From assembly GCA_000388065.2 (NCBI GenBank), contig KB932203.1: 16,215 nt of DNA; one strand, 5' to 3'. The notes under the pieces were generated by a model. The model searched no databases. It worked only from the letters and a program-made list of their open reading frames with translations, and was not told where the DNA came from. The translations under genes were made by a program, and so were the position numbers. Source of the stretch: Fonticula alba ATCC 38817 (Eukaryota > Protista > Nucleariida). Of this stretch, positions 9,582 through 16,215 are shown one piece after another. The number at the start of each line of letters is the position of its first letter. The stretch's first letter is position 1.

Positions 9582-11279
9582 ACCCCCCACCCCCCCCCCC
9601 CACCCCCCCCCCCCCCCCCCTCCCCCCCCCCCCCCCCCCCCCTCCCCCCGTCCCCTTTTGCAGTGGACTCTGGCACCNNNNNNNNNNCCCACCGCGCGGG
9701 CCATCCCTTCCCACGCACTCACTCACTCGCCGCACGCTCTCCCGCCTGTCCGGATCTCCCATCCCCCCGCCCCCTGGGGCCCTTCGCCTTCGCCGCCGGT
9801 CTCCTCGCCAGCTTCCAGAAGCTCATGGACAGCCACTGCACTTCGGTGCGAACCTGCGTCGACCAGTTGGAGTCGGTGCTCGCCAACCCGGCCGCCACGG
9901 CCAAGTCTGCCGCCGCCGCCCGCCCGGATGCCGTCTATGAAACCCTTGCCCGCTGCATGATCCCGGTTCGTTTTTTTTGGCCCCCCCCCTCCCCCCTCCC
10001 CCCTCCCTGTCCCTCCTTTCCGTTGCTGACTCCATGGCATAGGTGGCCGCCCGGTTTGGCAACCTGTATCGGTCACTGCTGACGTTGAGCTCGCCGACAC
10101 ACGACTTCGTCGGGTCGCCCGGGTCACTGGCGTCGCCAAATTCGGGCCTCGGAGGCCCGGGCACTCCCGGCCCGGCTGGCCGGGTGTCCACCTCCTCTCA
10201 CATGTCGATGTCCCGTTCGCCGTCGGTGGCGTCGTTGTCCGGGGCGGCCGGCTTTGGCCCCGGGGCGCTGACCAGCGCATCGGTGGCCTCGGAACTGGCC
10301 CCGGTGGCCCAGAGCCTGCAGCGCCTGCGCACCGAGGTGGAGTCGGCCTTCTTCCGGTCGGCCAGTCTGCTGGTGGACGACCGGCGCCGGTACACCGTGT
10401 ACCTGCTCCGGTGCTATGATTCGGTGGTCCGGGCCTTTGACTCGGTGCGCCAGACCCGCCTCTTCTGTTTGGCCGGCTGCCCCTCTTGCCCCTCCGGCTC
10501 GGCTGCCACACCCACAAGCTTACTCTCTCTCCCCCTCCTGCCCCCCCCCCTCTGTCTCTCTCCCCCCTCGCCCCTTGTCGCCTTGCTGGCGGCCTTCTGC
10601 CCGCAGTCCACCCTCCAGGCCCTGGAGGAAGAGCGCAACTACTGGATGCAAATGCGCGCCCCGCAGATGTCGCACCTGGTCTACGAGGAAATCGCCATTC
10701 ACCTGCCGCAGCTGGTGAGCGTTGGCCGGTCGCTCTTGCGTGCCAAGAATCGCGACCAGACCCAGCCCACCGGGCGTCGGGCCACCGATCCCACCAGTGA
10801 CGCCTCGCTCGAGACCGTGGCCAAGGAGTTCCACAACAACTGGCGCAAGGGTACGTGCCTCGACCGCTGGCGCCATGTGCCGGTTGCCCCCCCCCCCCCC
10901 CCCCCTCCCCCTCCCCCCTGCCTCTGTTGACCATGCTGCCTGTTCGTTCGCACGGCGCTCAGTCTTGTCTCAAGTGCGCACGGACCTGCCGCTGCTCTTC
11001 CCGGGCAATGACTTCCTGGCGTCCGAGGTGGCCCAGTCCATCCTCCGGGAGTTCCTTGTTCTCTACTCCGGCTTCTTGCAGTTTGTCGAAGAGCGGTGCG
11101 TCCGGCGGCCCCTTCCCCCCCCCCCCCCCCTCCACCCCCCTGGCCCACCGATCCGCCCCTGCAACGGCATCCACGACAGCTACGGGCGGAACAGTCGGCC
11201 ACCTTTCTCGGTCCAACCGCCGCCCTTCGAAACGGTCAAGTTCGAGACCCGCAACGCTTGGCCCAGCAACAGCATGTAG
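5942..11279 (+). CDS. VPS52: Vacuolar protein sorting-associated protein 52 (GARP/EARP complex subunit, Vps52/Sac2 family), 8 exons, about 1101 aa
   Basis: join(5942..7561,7711..8208,8398..8552,9812..9965,10043..10444,10607..10850,10963..11095,11180..11279) = 3306 nt, all junctions GT-AG and phase-consistent. Recognisable Vps52 motifs in order: EIDQCDEILQRLGETL, RNRKAAAEGL, ELERLRLAAC, ELRDAYINQMREYY, IIVPH, FETIFRSQLLALADNASGEYLFLWEFFG, FDALCLLLC, RRVPILDSFLHEVVMLLWPR|FQKLMD, LQRLRTEVESAF, LLRCYDSVV, FHNNWRK, and a C-terminal ETVKFETR. Confidence 0.93.
6845..6949 (+). repeat. Five 21-nt (7-aa) coding tandem repeats in the VPS52 insertion
   Basis: VAGAAST / VASGAVS / VASGAAS / VATGAVS / VATLGAV; units 2-5 begin GTGGCCA. 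Confidence 0.8.
8796..9422 (+). CDS. Orphan coding exon (209 codons) with BTB/POZ-like N-terminal motif, lying inside VPS52 intron 3
   Basis: Stop-free frame 8722-9432 with no ATG near its start. Acceptor CGTGACAG at 8795; donor GTGCGC at 9423 followed by a poly-C intron to TTTTGCAG at 9663. Translation R-ERLSRWVLLAVSADPARAAEFPPVWLNLLNTGQPDLYYSLAPGQRLSVSRVVLCSHTGFLTAAL resembles the BTB beta1-beta2-alpha pattern (L..G..SDV.....F.AHRVVL...S.YF). It sits on a 1085-bp segment between two 10-N gaps. Confidence 0.6.
9435..9650 (+). repeat. About 215-nt near-homopolymeric poly-C tract
   Basis: Seen directly; interrupted only by single T or A residues. Length is unreliable in an assembly. Confidence 0.9.
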
Positions 11280-11922
11280 TGTTTGGCGCATCGCGCTCGC
11301 CCTGCTACGCGTCCAGGCAGGTGTTCCCTTCTCTCCCCAGAATATACCTCGCCCTCCCAACACAGTGCCCTCGATTGTGTGTATCACACGACCTGATACT
11401 GCCAACCCACCCGCCCCGGGCGGGAATGTCGCGCCTCCCCCTTCCTTTCGCCCTCCTTTCCCCCCCCCCCCTCCCCCCCGGACCAGCATGTCTTTTTGTG
11501 TACGCCCCCTGCCCCCGGCCCCTTTCCCTCCCTGGCTGTGTTGTGTCCCCGGCTGTGCCTGGGGTCTGCACCGGGTTTCGGGCCACCGCCGCAGAGACTA
11601 TGACGCAGGGTGGGGGGAGTTCGGGGGAGACTCTCCCGGTTCGGCGAGGGGCCCGGCCCCTGCGTAGGCAGGGGCTTTCTCATGTGAAGGGCTGATGGGC
11701 CGGCCGCCGGCCGGGAGAGGGCGGCGCGAGCCACACAGGGGGCCGAGTGATCGGGCTGGGCGACCAAGTCGCGCCGGATTCCCGCCGGGCCCGGGAAATG
11801 CCCCGCCACTCCCGCCCCTACCCCCCAGCCCCGCCTCCCCTGGGGCCGGGCGCCACCTGAATGGCGAACACCGGCCCCGGGCGCGCCGCAGCCCCCTGCC
11901 CACCTCCCCAACTTCGGTCCTC

Positions 11923-11950
11923 GGGGGGGGGGGGGGGGGGGGGGGGGGGG
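11923..11950 (+). repeat. Poly-G tract (G28) in the VPS52-PDI intergenic region
   Basis: Seen directly, about 250 nt upstream of the PDI ATG. Confidence 0.9.
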
Positions 11951-12084
11951 ACACAACAGTCCGGCGCCCCGACTTGGTTCAAGAGGCCCTGCCCTGGGCC
12001 GCGACCGCATCCCGCCAGGCGGACATCATACTTTCTCCCGCCCCCTCCCCCCCCCTCGCCATCCCTCTTCTACTTCTCCCCCCT

Positions 12085-12151
12085 GTGCGGTCCTCCCCCT
12101 GAGCAGCGCCCGTAGCTCGCCCCAAAGAGAGAGCGAAACACACACACACAC

Positions 12152-12183
<32 letters not shown>

Positions 12184-12197
12184 GCGCGCGCATACAG
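12085..12197 (+). other. Possible 5'-UTR intron of the PDI-like gene ending 2 nt before the ATG
   Basis: GTGCGG donor at 12085, (CA)n tract 12138-12183, then CATACAG|AG-ATG. This is the same CA-tract-plus-CAG layout as several coding introns. Confidence 0.35.
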
Positions 12198-12199
12198 AG

Positions 12200-14887
12200 A
12201 TGCGACACTCCCAGGCTCACTCGCTTCTGCTCCTGGTGCTGGCCCTCCTGGCTGCCACCTGCGCGGCGGCCGGTGCCTCGGCCTCGGCCTCTGCCACCAC
12301 CTCCGCCGGCGCCCCTGCCGAGGAGCCGCAGTTCAAGCTGTCACAGGAGTTCTTGGACACCTTCGCCATGCCCGAGGACAATGAAGCCATCACCAAGCGC
12401 CGGAACAAGTACTTCATGGACCACTCGACGCTCATCGAATCGCGGGCTGCCTTTGACGATCTGGTTGGCGCGTCGACCGCCAAGTTGACCGCCGTGTCCT
12501 TCTATTCCGGCAGTGCGTGCCCGCCCCTCCCCCGCCCCCCCTCTGCCCCCACCCCCCCCCCCCCCCCCCCCCCCCCCTCCCCCCCCCCCCCCCCCCGCCC
12601 CCCCCCACCCGCCCTGCTCCCCCTCCGCCGGGCCGCCGGCCCATCGCCTCGGTCTCTGTCCATGCTGGCAGCCCACTCTGACTTGTGCGCCATGGCCTCC
12701 CCCTGCTCCTCCCTTCCGTGTCTTCTCCTCGGCCCGGTCCCCGGTCTCCGGCCCCCGGTTCCACCTCGCCCACCCTCGCGCGAGGGCAGACTGTGTCGCG
12801 TGCAACCACGTCCATGCCACCCTGGGCGCGATCGCCGAGCACCAGGCCGCACAGCCGGCCACCGCCGGGCGCATCCCCATTCACCGGGTCTTCTGCCCGG
12901 TGCATGAGTCCCAGTCGGCCGAGCTGACCGCCCTGTGCGGGGAGTTCCGCAACCGCGCGCGCAATGACAACCCGGATCTGGTGCTCTTCGGCCCGGGGGG
13001 CATGCACCTGGGGTCGGTCAATGAAACGGCCACGGCCGAGCTGATCTCCGCCCATGTGGCCCAGACGACCGTGGCCCCGGATCAGGACAATCCCGCGGAT
13101 GTGGCCTTCTCGGCGGCGGCCCCCACCGTGGCCAGCTTCTCGGCCAATGACCTGCTTCGATACCTGCGGTATGCGGCCGCCGCGCAGGGGAGCTCCAGCG
13201 GGGCGGCCATTGCCCAGGCGGCCCTGGCCGATCCGGCGGCTCGGCGTCTGCTCGCCGGCGCCGGAGCCGCCCTCGTCCAGACGGAGGAGGAGCTGAATCG
13301 CGAGCTGCGCGCCTTCCCGGTGGTGGTCATCATCGGGGCCGAGGACCTGGACGCGTTGGAGGCCGTCTGGCCGCAGACGCCGGCCACGCTGCGGCGCTTC
13401 GCCGAGCGCGCGCGCGTTCTCGTGGTCCTGGCCGAGCCGGATGGCGGGGCCCTGGTCAAGCGGGCCTTCCGCGGGACCAAGATCGGCCTGCATGGGCTCG
13501 ACTCGTCGGACCCGCCGCAGGTCCTCCTGGTGTCGGATGTGCGCTTCTCGGCCCCGTCTCTGGGCTCCCCTTTTTGCCCCCCCCCCCCCTTTCTCGGTGT
13601 GTGCCGTGCTGCTGGTCCTCGACTGACATGCGCCAACGCCGGGCGTCCGGGCCCACTCGTCTGCCCGCCATGCGCTCCACGCGCAGTATGGCAAGGACCG
13701 TCTGCTGCACGACTCGCTCTCCGGCCCGACCGAGACGTCGATCCTCAAGTCCATCGACCTCCTGGGCGTGACTCCCTTCGCTGAGCGTGCGCCGCCCCCC
13801 CCCCCCTCCCTTCCCCATACGCCTGTTGCCTCTGTCGTCCTGCTGCTTATGCCCAGCTGTTTACTTACTTCGCCCGCCGCCGCCGCCGCCGCCGCCGCCC
13901 CTCTTGCACTGCGCTTGCCTCCCACAGTCAACAGCCATCGGTCGGTGGAGCAATTCTTCTCCATGGGCGTGCCCACGGTGCTGGTTCTGCACAGCTCCAC
14001 AGCCGAGGGGGCCACCCTCGCGGAGCACCGGCGGGTGCTGACCGGCACCCGGGATGCCCTCCGGTCGGCCCTCTTCCCGGACAGCCGGCTCCGGTATACC
14101 TTCGCCTCGGTGGATGTTGGACCGCGTCCCGGGCTGGCTGCCATGTATGGTGTGGATGCCGGGTGCCGACAGGTCGACCCCGCCGGACGCCTGTGCGGCG
14201 TGGTCATCGAGGATACGCCGAATCTCAAGCGCTACCGGTGCGACTTCCCGCCGGTGGCGGCCGCCGATGGCGCCGACCCGAAGAAGGGTTCCACCGAGGG
14301 CGGGCCGCGCTTCTTGGCCGACTTTGCCCAAACGGTGAAGACCTGCCTCCAGCAGTTTGAGAAGGGCCAGCTGACTCCTTACCAGTTGTACGTCCCCCTC
14401 CTTCGGGGCTCGCCGTCGGCCAATGCTTTCCCGTCCTCCTCTAACCCTCGGGCCCTTGTTTGGCTTGTCCGGCTTGTTCGGCCTGTTCGGCTTGTCCGGC
14501 CTGTCCGGCTTGTCCGGCCTGTTCGGCTTGTCCGGCCTGTTCGGCTTGTTCGGCTTGTCCGGCCTGTTCGGCTTGTTCGGCTTGTTCGGCTTGTCCGACT
14601 TGTTCGGCTTGTTCGGCTTGTTCGGCTTNNNNNNNNNNCCGACTTGCCCTGCTTCTCCCTCCCCTCCCCCCCCCACACACACACAGCTCGGAGACCATTT
14701 CCCCGGACCAGGACGGACGTGTGTTCAACTCGCTCAAGTTGACTGCCGACAACTTTGCCGACATTGTCAATGCCCCGGAGCGTGACCGGTGCGCCCCCGC
14801 CCCTCCCTCGGCTTTTTGCTCCCTGCCTGTCCTAACCTGCGTCTGCACCATCCCCCCTCCTCAATGCGCATGCACACATGCACATCT

Positions 14888-14941
<54 letters not shown>

Positions 14942-15551
14942 AGTGACCTGGTGGTCATCTTCTACGCCCAGTACGACTCCATGTCGTTGGCCATGCTCCC
15001 CCTGTTCGGCCGTATGTCGCTGGCTTACGCCAAGGCCTTTGACGAGGAGCTCCGTAGCCCGGATACGATTGAGGGAGCACCGATCCCTCTGTTTGGTCGC
15101 TTCAACGTCGAGCTGAATGCCCTGCCGAACGGTGCGTCACTCGGGCGGGCATTCCCTTTGACCTGCGTTCTCCTTGTCGGAGGCACTCACCCCGCGGCTA
15201 ACACACACACACATACATACATACATGCACACAGATCTCGTCATCAGCTCCACTCCTTCAATTGTTCTGTTCCCGGCCCCGGCGGCCGGTGAGGCGTCCA
15301 CCGCCTCGCCGATTTGGATCCACCCGCCCGTGGGGTCTGACGGCAAGCCGGCCGAGGCTGCCAGTGCCCCCGGCACCGGCCACGACGACAATGACGAGCC
15401 CTTCCACATGGAGCTCATCCGCCGTCTGCGGAAGGTGTCCCCAGGCGCGGCCAAGCTGGCCGATGCCGACCTGCTCGATACCATGCCCAAGGCTGAGATG
15501 GCCGCCAAGGGCGGCGCCTCCGCCGTCAAGAAGTCCGAGGCCGACCTCTGA
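12200..15551 (+). CDS. Protein disulfide isomerase-family ER protein (signal peptide, four thioredoxin-like domains a-b-b'-a'), 7 exons, about 742 aa
   Basis: join(12200..12512,12790..13538,13687..13786,13928..14387,14687..14788,14944..15131,15235..15551) = 2229 nt, all GT-AG and phase-consistent. Hydrophobic signal peptide (HSLLLLVLALLAATCAAA). Domain a: VSFYSGNCVAC..HRVFC..LC..NPDLVLF. PDI-like b'-x-a' linker: FEKGQLTPYQFSETISP..LKLTADNFADIV. Domain a': LVVIFYAQYDSMS..ISSTPSIVLFPA. Ends KSEADL*. Confidence 0.85.
14461..14628 (+). repeat. 9-bp minisatellite, consensus CGGCYTGTY, 18 full copies plus a partial, truncated by N gap, inside PDI intron 4
   Basis: Parsed unit by unit; variation is almost entirely C/T at unit positions 5 and 9. 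Confidence 0.95.
14891..14939 (+). repeat. (CA)n microsatellite immediately upstream of acceptor 14943
   Basis: Seen directly; similar tracts at 3512-3520, 8328-8364, 14674-14685 and 15201-15233. Confidence 0.95.
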
Positions 15552-16215
15552 GGCCGCGCACGCCCCTCCGCGCCTCGGCCCCTTTGCGCCTCCCCCGTGC
15601 CGGCCGAGAGGGGGGGGGGGGGGGACGTGGCCGTGCAGTGATCGGCCCGCCTCACCACCATCGCCCCTCTCCCCTTGTGGGGAACACCGAAATAGAGCAC
15701 CAAAGGAGGACACCGATCCGGTGGCAGGACATCGGAGAGGCGGGCGCGCAGGCCAGCCGCCGGGGGGCCGGCGCGGTGGGAGGCGGGTGGGGGCCCGGCG
15801 TGCGGGGAGCAGAAAAGAGGGGACGACGAAAAAAGCGCCGCCGGCCCGGGCGAGCAGCCAACGATCGGGGCCCGCGTCGTGGGGCGTTATTGCCCGAGTG
15901 GATTTCCGGTCCGGCTCTGGGGCCCGCGTTCGCGAGCCGATCGGGCCCGCGCGTCCGGTCCGAGGGGCGCCCTGGCGGGGGGGGGGGCAGGGATCAACAC
16001 CCCGCCCCCCCTCCCGCCGTCCGCGGCGCACTCCGAAGGGGCATTCAACCGGCAGCCCCTTACCCCGTCGACCGGGGCCTGGAATCGCGTGACCGCGCTT
16101 GGAATCTGGCCGCTGGCTGGCCGGCCCTGCCGGGTCGCGTGCGCGCGTGTGCGTCCGACGGCGACAACGGCGTCGCCGGCTTGCTCTGTCTGCCGCTCCC
16201 CGGGCCCCCCCCCCC

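Noticed and set aside
9262-10082. Poly-Pro/poly-Gly ORFs suggesting a formin- or extensin-like protein
   Set aside because: They derive from the intronic poly-C homopolymer.
11280-12199. Structured RNA or tRNA in the GC-rich VPS52-PDI spacer
   Set aside because: Only short GC palindromes (e.g. AGGGGC-CCG-GCCCCT); no cloverleaf or A/B-box pattern visible by eye. An Infernal scan would be needed to exclude it fully.
5527-14228. Long minus-strand ORFs (5527..6348, 6479..7708, 9723..10934, 12432..14228)
   Set aside because: Shadow ORFs opposite GC3-rich exons of VPS52 and PDI; low-complexity translations that run through + strand introns.
14461-14628. CRISPR array
   Set aside because: Contiguous 9-bp tandem units with no spacers, no cas genes, and a eukaryotic context.
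13861-14682. Minus-strand KPN/RPD repeat protein
   Set aside because: Unit variation falls at non-wobble positions in that frame, the flanks are antisense to PDI exons, and the array lies in a well-defined + strand intron.
15552-16215. ORFs 15262..16092 (+) and 15258..16031 (-) as a fourth gene
   Set aside because: Arg/Pro/Gly-rich off-frame readings without domain or splice support; the region looks like 3' UTR or intergenic DNA.

Overview
GC-rich, intron-containing eukaryotic draft sequence, not prokaryotic, with five N gaps (1681-1926, 3825-4051, 8583-8592, 9678-9687, 14629-14638). The style (GC3-rich exons, C/CT/CA-rich introns) suggests a unicellular eukaryote; Fonticula alba is only my guess. 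Reading exons by GT-AG boundaries, phase and protein similarity gives three spliced + strand genes. (1) About 45-4706: a gapped gene with a long Ser/Ala-rich disordered N-terminus and segments resembling tandem OB folds of the RPA70/RADX type (tentative). (2) 5942-11279: VPS52 (GARP/EARP tethering subunit), 8 exons, about 1101 aa, with lineage-specific insertions. (3) 12200-15551: a secreted a-b-b'-a' protein disulfide isomerase-family protein, 7 exons, about 742 aa, with CVAC in domain a, no CxxC in a', and C-terminal EADL. The most unusual items are: a 627-nt phase-2/phase-2 exon with a BTB/POZ-like motif inside VPS52 intron 3, flanked by two assembly gaps (cassette exon, nested gene or misplaced contig); a 5' splice-site consensus with C at +4 in all 21 inferred donors; a 38-bp inverted repeat between genes 1 and 2; and a splice-phase conflict in gene 1. 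I found no tRNA, rRNA, CRISPR array or transposase. Most of the supplied six-frame ORFs are shadow or microsatellite artefacts.
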